DNA of 64,000 bases from Escherichia coli (GCF_041886205.1 NZ_CP169029.1); one strand, 5' to 3'. Shown: positions 39,976 to 60,566, counted from the first letter of the stretch. Notes: generated by a model not told the origin, from the letters alone. A program made the numbers and translations.

Positions 39976-41676
39976 ATGCGATTGCTCAACCGTCTTAACC
40001 AGTATCAACGTCTGTGGCAACCTTCCGCCGGAAAGCCGCAAACCGTCACCATCAGCGAACTGGCCGAACGCTGTTTTTGCAGCGAACGCCATGTTCGTAC
40101 GCTGTTGCGTCAGGCACAGGAGGCGGGATGGCTGGAGTGGCAGGCGCAGTCAGGACGCGGAAAGCGCGGACAATTACGCTTTCTGGTCACGCCGGAATCG
40201 CTACGCAATGCGATGATGGAACAGGCACTGGAAACCGGAAAGCAGCAAGATGTGCTGGAGCTGGCGCAACTGGCCCCAGGTGAGCTGCGCACTCTGTTAC
40301 AGCCGTTTATGGGCGGACAATGGCAAAACGATACACCCACGTTGCGTATTCCCTACTATCGCCCGCTCGAACCGCTACAACCAGGCTTTTTGCCCGGCCG
40401 TGCCGAGCAGCATCTCGCCGGGCAGATATTTTCCGGCCTGACCCGCTTCGATAATAATAATCAGCGCCCGATTGGCGATTTAGCGCATCACTGGGAAACC
40501 TCTACTGACGGGTTACGCTGGGACTTTTATCTTCGTTCAACCCTACACTGGCATAACGGCGATGCAGTAAAAGCCTCACACTTACACCAGCGATTATTGA
40601 TGCTGTTACAACTGCCAGCACTGGATCAATTATTTATTAGCGTGAAGCGTATTGAGGTCACCCATCCGCAGTGTCTGACCTTCTTTTTACATCGCCCCGA
40701 TTACTGGCTTGCGCACCGGCTGGCGAGCTATTGCAGCCATCTGGCGCATCCGCAATTCCCACTGATCGGCACGGGTCCTTTTCGCTTAACACAATTCACA
40801 GCGGAGCTGGTGCGCCTGGAAAGCCATGATTATTACCATTTGCGTCATCCGCTGCTTAAAGCGGTTGAGTACTGGATAACTCCGCCGCTTTTCGAAAAAG
40901 ATTTGGGAACCAGTTGTCGGCATCCCGTGCAAATCACTATCGGCAAACCTGAGGAGCTGCAACGGGTCAGCCAGGTCAGTAGTGGCATCAGTTTAGGTTT
41001 TTGCTATTTAACGTTGCGCAAAAGTCCCCGACTGTCCCTCTGGCAGGCGCGAAAAGTGATCTCCATTATTCATCAATCCGGTTTATTACAAACGTTAGAA
41101 GTCGGAGAAAACCTGATCACCGCCAGTCATGCATTACTGCCAGGCTGGACTATTCCGCATTGGCAAGTACCGGATGAAGTCAAACTACCGAAAACCTTGA
41201 CGCTGGTTTATCACCTACCGATAGAACTTCATACCATGGCAGAACGCCTACAGGCGACACTGGCAGCGGAAGGCTGTGAACTCATAATTATTTTTCATAA
41301 CGCAAAAAACTGGGACGACACGACCCTACTGGCACACGCAGACCTCATGATGGGCGACAGATTAATTGGCGAAGCACCGGAATATACTCTGGAGCAATGG
41401 CTACGTTGCGATCCACTGTGGCCACATGTTTTCGACGCTCCAGCATATGCACATCTGCAATCGACGCTGGACGCGGTGCAAGTAATGCCTGATGAGGAAA
41501 ACCGATTTAATGCCCTGAAAGCGGTTTTTAGCCAGTTAATGGCAGACGCGACGCTGACGCCGCTGTTCAACTATCACTATCGCATTAGTGCCCCTCCCGG
41601 CGTGAACGGTGTGCGACTGACACCGCGCGGCTGGTTTGAATTTACCGAAGCCTGGCTTCCCGCGCCGTCGCAATGA
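39976..41676 (+). CDS. ybaE: uncharacterised YbaE (SgrR-like N-terminus plus solute-binding-protein-like domain)
   Basis: 566-aa from MRLLNRLNQYQRLWQP; K-12 synteny; domain assignment from memory, moderately certain. Confidence 0.88.
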   Translation: MRLLNRLNQYQRLWQPSAGKPQTVTISELAERCFCSERHVRTLLRQAQEAGWLEWQAQSGRGKRGQLRFLVTPESLRNAMMEQALETGKQQDVLELAQLAPGELRTLLQPFMGGQWQNDTPTLRIPYYRPLEPLQPGFLPGRAEQHLAGQIFSGLTRFDNNNQRPIGDLAHHWETSTDGLRWDFYLRSTLHWHNGDAVKASHLHQRLLMLLQLPALDQLFISVKRIEVTHPQCLTFFLHRPDYWLAHRLASYCSHLAHPQFPLIGTGPFRLTQFTAELVRLESHDYYHLRHPLLKAVEYWITPPLFEKDLGTSCRHPVQITIGKPEELQRVSQVSSGISLGFCYLTLRKSPRLSLWQARKVISIIHQSGLLQTLEVGENLITASHALLPGWTIPHWQVPDEVKLPKTLTLVYHLPIELHTMAERLQATLAAEGCELIIIFHNAKNWDDTTLLAHADLMMGDRLIGEAPEYTLEQWLRCDPLWPHVFDAPAYAHLQSTLDAVQVMPDEENRFNALKAVFSQLMADATLTPLFNYHYRISAPPGVNGVRLTPRGWFEFTEAWLPAPSQ

Positions 41677-41740
41677 ATAGCTGGTCCGGGTTAATCGCAG
41701 GCGTTACCATAACGCTTTTATTGTTCAAGCAGGATTATCT

Positions 41741-42436
41741 ATGAAACGTGCTGTCGTTGTGTTCAGTGGAGGCCAGGATTCCACCACCTGTCTGGTGCAG
41801 GCATTACAACAATATGATGAAGTCCATTGCGTGACGTTCGATTACGGTCAGCGGCATCGCGCAGAAATCAACGTGGCACGCGAACTGGCGCTGAAACTGG
41901 GGGCACGCGCGCATAAGGTGCTGGATGTCACCCTGCTCAACGAGCTGGCGGTCAGTAGCCTGACGCGTGACAGCATTCCGGTGCCTGATTATGAACCTGA
42001 AGCCGATGGCATCCCGAATACGTTTGTCCCAGGGCGTAATATTTTGTTCCTGACGCTGGCGGCAATATATGCGTATCAGGTAAAAGCAGAAGCCGTAATT
42101 ACCGGCGTCTGTGAAACGGATTTCTCCGGCTACCCGGATTGCCGCGATGAGTTTGTGAAAGCACTAAACCATGCCGTCAGTTTGGGCATGGCGAAAGATA
42201 TTCGTTTTGAAACGCCGCTGATGTGGATTGATAAAGCGGAAACCTGGGCGCTGGCAGATTATTACGGCAAACTGGATTTAGTCCGTAACGAAACGTTGAC
42301 CTGCTATAACGGCATGAAAGGCGACGGTTGCGGTCATTGTGCGGCATGTAATTTACGCACCAACGGTTTGAATCATTATCTGGCCGATAAACCGACGGTG
42401 ATGGCCGCGATGAAGCAGAAAACCGGGTTGAAGTAA
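41741..42436 (+). CDS. queC: 7-cyano-7-deazaguanine synthase QueC
   Basis: 231-aa ORF with PP-loop SGGQDS and C-terminal Zn-binding cysteines. Confidence 0.95.
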   Translation: MKRAVVVFSGGQDSTTCLVQALQQYDEVHCVTFDYGQRHRAEINVARELALKLGARAHKVLDVTLLNELAVSSLTRDSIPVPDYEPEADGIPNTFVPGRNILFLTLAAIYAYQVKAEAVITGVCETDFSGYPDCRDEFVKALNHAVSLGMAKDIRFETPLMWIDKAETWALADYYGKLDLVRNETLTCYNGMKGDGCGHCAACNLRTNGLNHYLADKPTVMAAMKQKTGLK

Positions 42437-42487
42437 TTATTCCGGGTGTCGCCGGATGCGGCTTGAGCATCCGGCACCACAAAACGT

Positions 42488-42886
42488 TTACTTAACCATC
42501 TGCTCCAGCTTTTCGCGCAATTCCCCTTCCAGAGCTAATGCTTTCTGCGTTTTAAGATCAATACAAACAAACGTAATAAGCGCATCCGCTACCACCTGCC
42601 CTTCCGGCTCCAGTGTAATGACCTGGCTTAAGATGCCGCTTTTACCGTTTAATTGCTGCAACTGACTGGTAATAGTTAACAGGTCGCTTAATACCGCTGG
42701 GCGACGATAGTTAATATTGATATTCACCACCACGAAGGCGATGTTATGGGCCGTCATCCACTGAAAACTCTCACTATTTTCCAACCCATCCCAGCGGGCT
42801 TCTTCGAGGAATTCAAGGTAGCGAGCGTTGTTGACGTGCTGGTAAACGTCGAGATGATATCCACGAACTTTGATTTGTGTTTGCAT
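42488..42886 (-). CDS. fadM: long-chain acyl-CoA thioesterase FadM (YbaW), hotdog fold
   Basis: 132-aa ORF recognised as FadM. Confidence 0.92.
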   Translation of the reverse strand: MQTQIKVRGYHLDVYQHVNNARYLEFLEEARWDGLENSESFQWMTAHNIAFVVVNININYRRPAVLSDLLTITSQLQQLNGKSGILSQVITLEPEGQVVADALITFVCIDLKTQKALALEGELREKLEQMVK

Positions 42887-42939
42887 AGCGCAATAACCTT
42901 ACGTTGTTGTTATAAGAACTGTTATAAGTACAGAGGTCA

Positions 42940-45385
<2,446 letters not shown>

Positions 45386-45577
45386 GGTGTAACAACACTC
45401 CGCTGTAGATGACTGTGTACCTCACGCAACGTATCGATGCGCGCAAAGGCCTATTGTGACAAGAAACGGGGGCAATTGTCAGCCCACAAGACACAGAAAG
45501 TCACCGAATACAAATAAAAAAGGCACATCAGTAGATGCGCCCCTTGAACTTCGTCACATCCCCACTGGGGACAACGC

Positions 45578-45850
45578 TTAGTTTACCGCGTCTTTCAGTG
45601 CTTTACCTGCACGGAAGCTCGGTACTTTAGCAGCAGCGATGGTGATCTCTTTACCGGTCTGCGGGTTGCGGCCAGTACGGGCAGCACGCTCTTTAACGGC
45701 AAAAGTACCAAAACCTACCAGTGCTACATCATCCCCTTCTTTCAGAGATTCAGTTACGGAAGCAATAATAGCATCTAACGCACGGCCAGCCGCAGCTTTA
45801 GAGATATCAGCCCCTGCAGCAATCTTGTCGATCAATTGAGATTTATTCAC
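45578..45850 (-). CDS. hupB: DNA-binding protein HU-beta
   Basis: 90-aa [50 protein letters not shown]... Confidence 0.96.
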
Positions 45851-46058
45851 TCTTCTCTTCCTCTTTATAATTTATATCGCACTTGAATCCTTCAAGGTAC
45901 GAACGCGCAGCAGTTATATCAGGCCAGCCATCCCCTTACAACACCCCTTAATAAGGGCAAGCCCGATCCGCCATCTAACTTAGCGAGACAAAAAAAGGCT
46001 GGCAAGCCCGAATTAGCCTGCCAGCCCTGTTTTTATTAGTGCATTTTGCGCGAGGTCA

Positions 46059-48413
46059 CTATTTTGCAGTCACAACCTGCATGCCAGACGGTTCATTTTG
46101 CAGCGCCAGAGTCAGAACTTCCTCAATGCGCTTCACAGGATGAATGTCCAGATCGGCAATTACGTTGTCAGGAATCTCTTCCAGATCGCGTTTATTTTCG
46201 AACGGAATTAACACTGTTTTAATCCCGCCGCGATGCGCTGCCAGGAGTTTTTCTTTCAAACCACCGATCGGCAGTACCTGACCACGCAGAGTGATCTCAC
46301 CGGTCATTGCCACATCGGCACGAACCGGGTTACCGGTCAGGCAAGAAACCAGCGCGGTGCACATAGCAATACCGGCACTCGGACCATCTTTCGGCGTCGC
46401 ACCTTCCGGTACGTGGACGTGGATGTCGCGTTTTTCGTAAAAATCAGGGTTGATCCCCAGTTTTTCCGCACGCGCACGAACCACCGTTAACGCCGCCTGA
46501 ATGGACTCCTGCATCACTTCGCCGAGCGAACCGGTATAGGTCAGTTTGCCTTTACCCGGAACACATGCGGTTTCAATGGTCAGCAAGTCACCGCCCACTT
46601 CCGTCCACGCCAGACCGGTTACCTGACCGACACGGTTTTCGTTATCCGCGCGACCATAGTCGAAACGCTGAACACCGAGATAGTCATGCAGGTTATCGCC
46701 GTTAATTTCGATATGTTTTAATGACTTATCGAGCAGTAACTGCTTAACCGCTTTGCGACACAGTTTGGAGATTTCACGCTCCAGACCACGCACGCCCGCC
46801 TCACGGGTGTAGTAACGAATAATGCCGATAATGGCGCTATCGTCGACGGTCAGCTCACCTTTTTTCAGTGCATTACGTTCAATCTGCTTCGGCAGCAGGT
46901 GACGTTTGGCGATGTTCAGTTTTTCATCTTCGGTATAACCGGAGAGGCGAATCACTTCCATACGATCCAGCAGCGGTGCCGGAATGTTCATGGAGTTCGA
47001 CGTCGCGACAAACATCACGTCGCTGAGATCGTAATCCACTTCCAGGTAGTGGTCGCTGAACGCTACGTTCTGCTCTGGATCCAGCACTTCAAGCAGTGCG
47101 GAGGCCGGATCGCCACGCATGTCAGAAGACATTTTGTCGATCTCATCGAGCAGGAACAGCGGATTTTTCACGCCCACTTTCGCCATTTTCTGGATCAGTT
47201 TACCCGGCATAGAACCGATGTAAGTACGGCGGTGACCACGGATTTCCGCTTCATCACGCACGCCGCCCAGCGCCATACGGACATATTTACGCCCGGTGGC
47301 TTTGGCAATAGACTGACCAAGAGAGGTTTTACCTACCCCCGGCGGCCCTACCAGGCAGAGGATCGGTCCCTTGATTTTGTTGACACGGCTTTGAACCGCA
47401 AGGTACTCAAGGATTCGATCTTTCACGCGCTCCAGACCATAATGGTCGGTATCAAGGATTTCCTGCGCCTGACGCAGGTCTTTTTTGACCTTGCTACGCG
47501 CATTCCACGGCACCTGTACCATCCAGTCGATATAACCACGCACTACGGTCGCTTCTGCCGACATCGGAGACATCATTTTCAGCTTCTGCAACTCTGCTTC
47601 CGCTTTCTCTTTTGCCTCTTTCGGCATCTTCGCCGCGTCGATTTTGCGCTTCAGGGCTTCGTTTTCGTCCGGCGCGTCGTCCATTTCACCGAGTTCTTTC
47701 TGAATAGCTTTCATTTGCTCGTTCAGATAGTACTCACGCTGGGATTTCTCCATCTGCTTTTTAACGCGGTTGCGAATGCGTTTCTCAACCTGCAGCAGAT
47801 CGATTTCCGATTCCATCATTGCCATCAGATATTCCAGACGTTCGTTAACGTCGGACATCTCCAGAACGGACTGTTTGTCAGCCAGTTTCAGCGGCATATG
47901 TGCAGCAATGGTATCCGCCAGACGCGCCGGATCGTCGATGCTATTCAACGACGTCAGCACTTCTGGTGGGATTTTTTTGTTCAGCTTGATGTAGCCTTCG
48001 AACTGGCTGATTGCAGTACGCACCAGCACTTCCTGTTCCCGCTCATCAATGGTCGGCGACTCCAGATACTCCGCCTTCGCAGAAAAGTGTTCGCCATTGT
48101 CAGAGAGCGCAGAAATACGCGCGCGCTGTAACCCCTCGACCAGCACTTTGACGGTGCCGTCAGGCAGTTTCAGCATCTGCAATATAGAGGCCACGGTCCC
48201 GACGGTGAAAAGATCGTTTACACCCGGCTCATCCGTTGAAGCTTCTTTCTGCGCGACCAGCATAATTTTTTTATCATGGTCCATCGCCGCTTCCAGACAA
48301 CGGATAGATTTTTCCCGCCCGACAAATAAGGGGATGACCATGTGCGGATAAACCACCACATCGCGCAGCGGCAATACGGGGATTTCAATGCGTTCAGAAC
48401 GCTCAGGATTCAT
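46059..48413 (-). CDS. lon: ATP-dependent Lon protease
   Basis: 784-aa from [18 protein letters not shown]; Walker [10 protein letters not shown], catalytic Ser in PKDGPSAG; ORF-track start at 48458 is over-extended. Confidence 0.96.
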   Translation of the reverse strand: MNPERSERIEIPVLPLRDVVVYPHMVIPLFVGREKSIRCLEAAMDHDKKIMLVAQKEASTDEPGVNDLFTVGTVASILQMLKLPDGTVKVLVEGLQRARISALSDNGEHFSAKAEYLESPTIDEREQEVLVRTAISQFEGYIKLNKKIPPEVLTSLNSIDDPARLADTIAAHMPLKLADKQSVLEMSDVNERLEYLMAMMESEIDLLQVEKRIRNRVKKQMEKSQREYYLNEQMKAIQKELGEMDDAPDENEALKRKIDAAKMPKEAKEKAEAELQKLKMMSPMSAEATVVRGYIDWMVQVPWNARSKVKKDLRQAQEILDTDHYGLERVKDRILEYLAVQSRVNKIKGPILCLVGPPGVGKTSLGQSIAKATGRKYVRMALGGVRDEAEIRGHRRTYIGSMPGKLIQKMAKVGVKNPLFLLDEIDKMSSDMRGDPASALLEVLDPEQNVAFSDHYLEVDYDLSDVMFVATSNSMNIPAPLLDRMEVIRLSGYTEDEKLNIAKRHLLPKQIERNALKKGELTVDDSAIIGIIRYYTREAGVRGLEREISKLCRKAVKQLLLDKSLKHIEINGDNLHDYLGVQRFDYGRADNENRVGQVTGLAWTEVGGDLLTIETACVPGKGKLTYTGSLGEVMQESIQAALTVVRARAEKLGINPDFYEKRDIHVHVPEGATPKDGPSAGIAMCTALVSCLTGNPVRADVAMTGEITLRGQVLPIGGLKEKLLAAHRGGIKTVLIPFENKRDLEEIPDNVIADLDIHPVKRIEEVLTLALQNEPSGMQVVTAK

Positions 48414-48600
48414 AGAGCTCTCTCTTAGTTTAATTTCCGCCAGGTAATCAGATGACACGACTGTGCTTCACGCCATCTATTAACATGTACGTCAGTATAT
48501 GGGGATGTTTCCCCCACATTCAACGCCGAGAATAGAGGAAAAATTAAAGGGGAGATAAAATCCCCCCTTTTTGGTTAACTAATTGTATGGGAATGGTTAA

Positions 48601-49875
48601 TTATTCACCAGATGCCTGTTGCGCTTCCGGCTTGCCATAAATCAGCAACGGTTTGCTTTGACCATCAATTACCGACTCGTCGATAACCACTTTTTCGACA
48701 TCTTCCATGGACGGCAGATCGTACATGGTATCGAGCAGTGCGGCTTCTACGATGGAACGCAGGCCACGGGCACCGGTTTTACGCGCCATCGCTTTCTTAG
48801 CGATAGCATCCAGCGCCTCGTCACGGAATTCCAGATCCACGCCTTCCAGATTAAACAGCGCCTGATACTGCTTGGTCAGGGCGTTTTTCGGCTCTTTGAG
48901 GATCTGAATCAGAGCTTCTTCGCTCAGTTCATTCAACGTTGCGACAACCGGCAGACGACCAATAAACTCAGGGATAAGACCAAACTTGATCAGATCTTCC
49001 GGTTCAACCTGCGCCAGCAGCTCGCCTTCACTTGCTTTGTCGGACTTCGCTTTTACCGTCGCGCCAAAACCAATGCCGGAGCCGGTTTCTACACGATGGG
49101 AAATCACTTTATCCAGACCGGCAAACGCACCGCCACAAATAAACAGGATCTTAGAGGTATCAACCTGCAAGAATTCCTGCTGCGGATGTTTACGCCCACC
49201 TTGCGGTGGAACAGCAGCTACCGTACCTTCGATCAGTTTCAACAGTGCCTGCTGTACGCCTTCACCGGAAACGTCTCGGGTAATGGACGGGTTGTCTGAC
49301 TTACGAGAAATCTTGTCGATTTCATCGATGTAGACAATCCCGCGCTGCGCTTTCTGTACGTCGTAATCGCACTTTTGCAACAGCTTCTGAATGATGTTTT
49401 CAACGTCTTCGCCCACATAACCGGCTTCGGTCAGCGTGGTTGCGTCGGCCATGGTGAACGGGACGTCCAGCAGGCGCGCCAGCGTTTCAGCCAGCAGCGT
49501 TTTACCGGAACCGGTCGGACCGATCAGCAGAATGTTACTTTTGCCCAACTCGACACCATTGCTGGTATCGCCGTTGCGCAGACGTTTGTAATGGTTGTAT
49601 ACCGCGACCGCCAGCACTTTTTTCGCCTGTTCCTGGCCGATAACGTAATCGTCCAGGTGGTTGCGAATTTCATGCGGCGTCGGTAGCGCACTGCGTTCAC
49701 GATGCGGTGCAACTTCTTTAATCTCTTCGCGAATGATGTCGTTACATAAATCAACACATTCGTCGCAGATATACACGGATGGACCGGCAATCAGCTTGCG
49801 CACTTCATGCTGGCTTTTGCCGCAAAAAGAGCAGTACAGCAATTTGCCTGAGCCATCTTTGCGTTTATCTGTCAT
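48601..49875 (-). CDS. clpX: ClpX ATPase/unfoldase
   Basis: 424-aa ORF with N-terminal zinc-binding C4 and AAA+ Walker A GPTGSGKT. Confidence 0.97.
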
Positions 49876-50000
49876 GGGTCAAAACCTCTTCTTTGTTCTT
49901 TGTGCCGCACACGACGACGCAAATGCCATTCTCAGGCGCAAGCCGCTTACAGCGTTGTGCCGCCCTGGATAAGTATAGCGGCACAGTTGCGCCTCAGGCA

Positions 50001-50624
50001 TCAATTACGATGGGTCAGAATCGAATCGACCAGACCGTATTCCACCGCTTCAGGGGCGGAAAGGAAGCGATCGCGCTCGGTATCACGTTCAATCTGTTCT
50101 AATGATTGACCCGTATGAAGCGCCATAAGTTCATTCATGCGCCCTTTAACTTTCAGAATTTCACGGGCATGAATTTCGATATCGGTCGCCTGGCCCTGGT
50201 AGCCGCCCAACGGCTGGTGAATCATCACGCGCGAATTCGGCAGGCAAAAACGTTTACCTTTTGCCCCTGCGGTCAGCAAGAAAGCGCCCATCGAGGCCGC
50301 CTGGCCCATACAGATGGTGCTGACATCAGGCTTGATAAACTGCATGGTGTCATAGATAGACATCCCGGCAGTGATCACCCCGCCTGGGGAGTTAATGTAC
50401 AGATAGATATCTTTTTCTGGGTTTTCCGCTTCCAGGAACAGCATCTGCGCCACAATCAGGTTAGCCATGTGGTCTTCAACCTGGCCAGTCAGAAAAATGA
50501 CGCGTTCCTTAAGTAGACGAGAATAGATATCAAAAGAGCGCTCACCGCGTGAGGTCTGTTCAATGACCATCGGCACCAGCGCCATATGGGGTGCAAAGTT
50601 ATCTCGTTCGCCGCTGTATGACAT
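50001..50624 (-). CDS. clpP: ClpP protease subunit
   Basis: 207-aa ORF with Ser-His-Asp triad context (GQAASMGA). Confidence 0.97.
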   Translation of the reverse strand: MSYSGERDNFAPHMALVPMVIEQTSRGERSFDIYSRLLKERVIFLTGQVEDHMANLIVAQMLFLEAENPEKDIYLYINSPGGVITAGMSIYDTMQFIKPDVSTICMGQAASMGAFLLTAGAKGKRFCLPNSRVMIHQPLGGYQGQATDIEIHAREILKVKGRMNELMALHTGQSLEQIERDTERDRFLSAPEAVEYGLVDSILTHRN

Positions 50625-50869
50625 TTCCGTCTCCTGGATAAAATTGAAAAAACCTGCTGTACCGATTGTAACCTTATGGACGGATTATCAGCTAGTCCCT
50701 GTGTTATGGGTACGGCATCACCATATTTCAAGCATAACAATCTTTTGTTGTTACGCTAACACCGAAAGAGGCTTTTCGCACGGTTCCATGCAAAATTCAT
50801 GACAAAAAAAAACCCACCACCTGGCGGTGACGGGCCTTTGTGCGAATTTAGCGCGTTATGCTGCGTAAA

Positions 50870-52177
<1,308 letters not shown>

Positions 52178-52511
52178 TCAAAAAATCACAGTGCTCGGTC
52201 AACTCTTACCCCGCAAGCACAGGTTGTTGGCTTCGCGGAACCGGGATGTTCTTATAATCAATCACATTCCCTGTTACCAGAATCATCCCGAAAGCATTCA
52301 AATAGGACGCGGCATTATAGCGGCATCACTTTTATGAGTCGAGAACGGTTATTGCGCGCTGTCGCGTATTTTTTCACAATTCCCGGGCAATTTTCGTCTG
52401 AATGCTGGGCAAAAAGCGCAAAATCCAGACAAAACAAAACGGCCCGCAGGCCGTTTTTCATAAAATCTTTAGCAACATACTGGAAAAGCGCCGACAGTTG
52501 CAAATGCGTTT

Positions 52512-52829
52512 TTACGCGATGCTTCCTGCTCCACGACAGGGAGGAGAGGCAAAGACGGTGTCCTGCAACCCTTCCCACTCCTTAATAGTGTAAGTATGCA
52601 GAGCCAGCGCATGAACGGTAGTAGAGAGTTCCTCCGCTAAAGTACTGTAAATCATTCGATGACGATTCAGAAAACGTTCACCCGTAAAACGATCGCTGAC
52701 CAGCACAACTTTAAAATGGCTTTCAGAGCCGGCTGGGACATTGTGACGATAGCTTTCATCCACTACTTCGAGGAATACGGGTTGGAACGCCGCCCTTAAT
52801 TTTTCTTCTATCCGCTCACGTATCATCAT
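52512..52829 (-). CDS. bolA: stress/morphogene regulator BolA
   Basis: 105-aa from [26 protein letters not shown]; ORF-track start at 52862 is over-extended. Confidence 0.92.
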
Positions 52830-53133
52830 GAAATATCTCCTCCGACAACGCTGAGATGTCATCCATCCCTTTAAATACTAGCCGCTTTTACCGTTTCCAT
52901 TGCAGCTTAACAACAAATATTTAGGTTTCGTCCTGGTTTTTCCGTCAAGCGTATGAAGTTTACTGATTTAAAGATTGAAACACAGGCCTCGCATCAGCGT
53001 TTCTTTTACCAGGGGCGATTATTTCGTCAACATGATGAATTTACATGCCTTACCCACTTCCCCTCGCCGTTGGCAATGTTATGATGGCGAGAATTTTTAC
53101 CAAACACGCTTAAGAGTCTCTGAGAGCCCGAAC

Positions 53134-53712
53134 ATGTTCAAAAAAATCCTCTTCCCGTTAGTTGCTCTGTTTATGCTTGCAGGATGCGCAAAACCGCCAA
53201 CAACTATTGAAGTTTCCCCGACGATTACACTGCCACAGCAGGATCCAAGCCTGATGGGCGTCACCGTAAGCATTAATGGTGCCGATCAGCGTACCGATCA
53301 GGCGCTGGCAAAAGTCACCCGCGATAATCAAATCGTTACCCTGACCGCCTCCCGCGATCTGCGTTTCCTGCTGCAAGAAGTGCTGGAAAAACAGATGACC
53401 GCGCGTGGTTACATGGTTGGTCCGAATGGCCCGGTTAATCTGCAAATCATCGTTAGCCAACTGTATGCTGACGTGTCCCAGGGCAACGTGCGCTACAACA
53501 TCGCGACCAAAGCGGATATCGCCATCATCGCTACCGCGCAGAATGGCAACAAAATGACCAAAAACTATCGTGCCAGCTACAACGTTGAAGGTGCGTTCCA
53601 GGCCTCCAACAAAAATATCGCCGATGCGGTTAACAGTGTGCTGACCGATACCATCGCTGATATGTCTCAGGACACCAGCATCCACGAATTCATCAAGCAG
53701 AACGCGCGTTAA
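53134..53712 (+). CDS. yajG: lipoprotein YajG
   Basis: 192-aa from MFKKILFPLVALFMLAGC (lipobox); the ORF-track frame from 52975 is over-extended. Confidence 0.9.
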   Translation: MFKKILFPLVALFMLAGCAKPPTTIEVSPTITLPQQDPSLMGVTVSINGADQRTDQALAKVTRDNQIVTLTASRDLRFLLQEVLEKQMTARGYMVGPNGPVNLQIIVSQLYADVSQGNVRYNIATKADIAIIATAQNGNKMTKNYRASYNVEGAFQASNKNIADAVNSVLTDTIADMSQDTSIHEFIKQNAR

Positions 53713-53755
53713 TTTCTGCCCTCTGGCCCGGTGCAAGCCGGGCCTGTAGACGCCC

Positions 53756-55231
53756 ATGTCCAGTCAATATTTACGTATTTTTCAACAGCCGCGTTCAGCC
53801 ATATTGCTGATCCTGGGTTTTGCTTCCGGGCTACCGCTCGCCCTGACATCCGGTACCTTACAGGCCTGGATGACGGTCGAGAATATTGATCTCAAAACCA
53901 TTGGTTTCTTCTCTCTGGTAGGCCAGGCTTACGTTTTTAAATTCCTCTGGTCACCGCTGATGGACCGCTACACGCCCCCATTTTTTGGGCGGCGGCGCGG
54001 TTGGCTGCTCGCCACGCAAATCCTGTTATTAGTCGCCATTGCGGCGATGGGTTTTCTCGAACCTGGCACCCAACTCCGCTGGATGGCGGCACTGGCAGTG
54101 GTGATCGCTTTTTGCTCGGCCTCCCAGGATATTGTCTTCGATGCGTGGAAAACCGATGTGCTCCCGGCAGAAGAACGTGGTGCGGGCGCGGCAATCAGCG
54201 TGCTGGGTTACCGTTTAGGGATGCTGGTTTCCGGCGGCCTAGCCCTGTGGCTGGCAGATAAATGGCTGGGCTGGCAGGGCATGTACTGGTTGATGGCGGC
54301 GCTGTTGATCCCCTGTATTATCGCGACGTTGCTTGCACCAGAACCGACCGACACCATTCCTGTGCCAAAAACGCTGGAACAAGCGGTTGTTGCACCTCTG
54401 CGAGATTTCTTTGGTCGCAATAATGCCTGGCTTATTTTGCTTCTTATCGTGCTGTATAAGCTGGGCGACGCATTCGCCATGAGCCTGACAACCACGTTTT
54501 TGATTCGCGGCGTCGGGTTTGATGCGGGTGAAGTAGGCGTGGTTAACAAAACGCTTGGCTTACTAGCAACCATTGTTGGCGCATTGTACGGTGGGATTTT
54601 GATGCAGCGCCTGTCACTGTTCCGGGCACTGCTGATTTTCGGCATTTTACAAGGTGCGTCTAACGCTGGTTACTGGCTGCTGTCGATTACTGATAAGCAT
54701 CTCTACAGCATGGGCGCAGCCGTCTTTTTCGAAAACCTCTGTGGCGGGATGGGCACATCAGCCTTTGTCGCGCTGTTAATGACGCTATGTAATAAGTCAT
54801 TTTCCGCTACTCAATTTGCCCTGCTCTCAGCGCTTTCTGCTGTAGGGCGAGTTTATGTCGGCCCCGTGGCGGGTTGGTTTGTTGAAGCACACGGCTGGTC
54901 GACATTCTATCTATTCTCCGTCGCCGCTGCCGTACCGGGGCTTATTTTGCTGCTGGTTTGCCGCCAGACGCTTGAATATACACGAGTAAATGACAACTTT
55001 ATCTCCCGTACCGAATATCCGGCAGGTTATGCCTTTGCCATGTGGACACTGGCGGCGGGCGTCAGCCTGTTGGCCGTGTGGTTACTGCTGTTGACGATGG
55101 ACGCGCTGGATTTGACGCACTTCTCTTTCCTGCCTGCACTGTTGGAAGTCGGGGTTTTAGTCGCCCTTTCTGGCGTCGTGCTTGGTGGTTTACTGGATTA
55201 TCTGGCGCTACGAAAAACGCATCTGACGTAA
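53756..55231 (+). CDS. ampG: muropeptide (anhydromuropeptide) permease AmpG, MFS
   Basis: 491-aa polytopic membrane ORF recognised as AmpG. Confidence 0.93.
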   Translation: MSSQYLRIFQQPRSAILLILGFASGLPLALTSGTLQAWMTVENIDLKTIGFFSLVGQAYVFKFLWSPLMDRYTPPFFGRRRGWLLATQILLLVAIAAMGFLEPGTQLRWMAALAVVIAFCSASQDIVFDAWKTDVLPAEERGAGAAISVLGYRLGMLVSGGLALWLADKWLGWQGMYWLMAALLIPCIIATLLAPEPTDTIPVPKTLEQAVVAPLRDFFGRNNAWLILLLIVLYKLGDAFAMSLTTTFLIRGVGFDAGEVGVVNKTLGLLATIVGALYGGILMQRLSLFRALLIFGILQGASNAGYWLLSITDKHLYSMGAAVFFENLCGGMGTSAFVALLMTLCNKSFSATQFALLSALSAVGRVYVGPVAGWFVEAHGWSTFYLFSVAAAVPGLILLLVCRQTLEYTRVNDNFISRTEYPAGYAFAMWTLAAGVSLLAVWLLLLTMDALDLTHFSFLPALLEVGVLVALSGVVLGGLLDYLALRKTHLT

Positions 55232-55691
55232 TCTGTAAATATTATTTAGCCGTAGTAATCACTCGCCGTAATTATTACGACTAAATAAACATCAGCATCG
55301 CTTATTAATATTTGTTCTTTTGTGCGGCTTAGCGTCTGGAAATTATTGACGCCATTTATGAATTCTATTTTTCTTACACGATTCAGCTAATGAGTCTTTA
55401 TTTTCTCACCACCCGGTTGTCACCTTAATGATAATTTTTTGTTAAATAATTGTTTTATTTTTCTATTGGTTATACCAATTACCCGCCCAAACTCCTACTG
55501 CACTCCCCTTTCGTTATAACGCCCTTTTGCAACAGCTTCTTAAAATCAACCCGATATGTTTTGCAACATATGTGACCTGACAGCCAAATCCAAGTAACAG
55601 GAATTTAATCATGTTTACAGTAATGTAACCTTCCCGTAAAATGCCCACACACTTTAAACGCCACCAGATCCCGTGGAATTGAGGTCGTTAA

Positions 55692-56639
<948 letters not shown>

Positions 56640-56648
56640 AGGGGTTGA

Positions 56649-59585
<2,937 letters not shown>

Positions 59586-59596
59586 GAGCGGCGGTT

Positions 59597-60487
59597 ATGA
59601 TGTTTAAGCAATACCTGCAAGTAACGAAACCAGGCATCATCTTTGGCAACCTGATCTCGGTGATTGGGGGATTCCTGCTGGCCTCAAAGGGCAGCATTGA
59701 TTATCCCCTGTTTATCTACACGCTGGTTGGGGTGTCACTGGTTGTGGCGTCGGGTTGTGTGTTTAACAACTACATCGACAGGGATATCGACAGAAAGATG
59801 GAAAGGACGAAGAATCGGGTGCTGGTTAAAGGCCTGATCTCTCCTGCTGTCTCGCTGGTGTACGCCACCTTGCTGGGTATTGCTGGCTTTATGCTGCTGT
59901 GGTTTGGCGCGAATCCGCTGGCCTGCTGGCTGGGGGTGATGGGCTTTGTGGTTTATGTCGGCGTTTATAGCCTGTACATGAAACGCCACTCAGTCTACGG
60001 CACATTGATTGGTTCGCTCTCCGGCGCTGCGCCGCCGGTGATTGGCTACTGTGCAGTAACCGGCGAGTTCGATAGCGGCGCAGCGATCCTGCTGGCTATC
60101 TTCAGCCTGTGGCAAATGCCTCACTCCTATGCCATCGCCATTTTCCGCTTTAAGGATTACCAGGCGGCAAACATTCCGGTATTGCCAGTGGTAAAAGGCA
60201 TTTCGGTGGCGAAGAATCACATCACGCTGTATATCATCGCCTTTGCCGTTGCCACGCTGATGCTCTCTCTTGGCGGTTACGCTGGGTATAAATATCTGGT
60301 GGTCGCCGCGGCGGTTAGCGTCTGGTGGTTAGGTATGGCTCTGCGCGGTTATAAAGTTGCTGATGACAGAATCTGGGCGCGCAAGCTGTTCGGCTTCTCT
60401 ATCATCGCCATCACTGCCCTCTCGGTGATGATGTCCGTTGATTTTATGGTGCCGGACTCGCATACGCTGCTGGCTGCTGTGTGGTAA
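59597..60487 (+). CDS. cyoE: protohaem IX farnesyltransferase (haem O synthase)
   Basis: 296-aa from [18 protein letters not shown]; ORF-track start at 59552 is over-extended. Confidence 0.95.
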
Positions 60488-60506
60488 CACAACCTCTCAG
60501 TTAAAA

Positions 60507-60527
60507 AGGTGCTACGGCACCTTTTTT
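60507..60527 (+). terminator. rho-independent terminator of the cyo operon (AGGTGC-TACG-GCACCT + T6), A-run upstream so potentially bidirectional
   Basis: 6-bp stem, 4-nt loop, TTTTTT tract 20 nt after the cyoE stop. Confidence 0.7.
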
Positions 60528-60544
60528 ATTGTCTGAGATCAGAG

Positions 60545-60563
60545 ATACGGCTAATAACCGTAT
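60545..60563. promoter_or_regulatory. inverted repeat IR-A (ATACGG-N7-CCGTAT), candidate operator upstream of the antitoxin promoter -35
   Basis: Perfect 6-bp arms with 7-bp spacer read directly; same architecture as IR-B 55 bp downstream. Confidence 0.5.
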
Positions 60564-60566
60564 GTC

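Noticed and set aside
46899-48131. 410-aa plus-strand ORF
   Set aside because: Antisense within lon; no recognisable domain.
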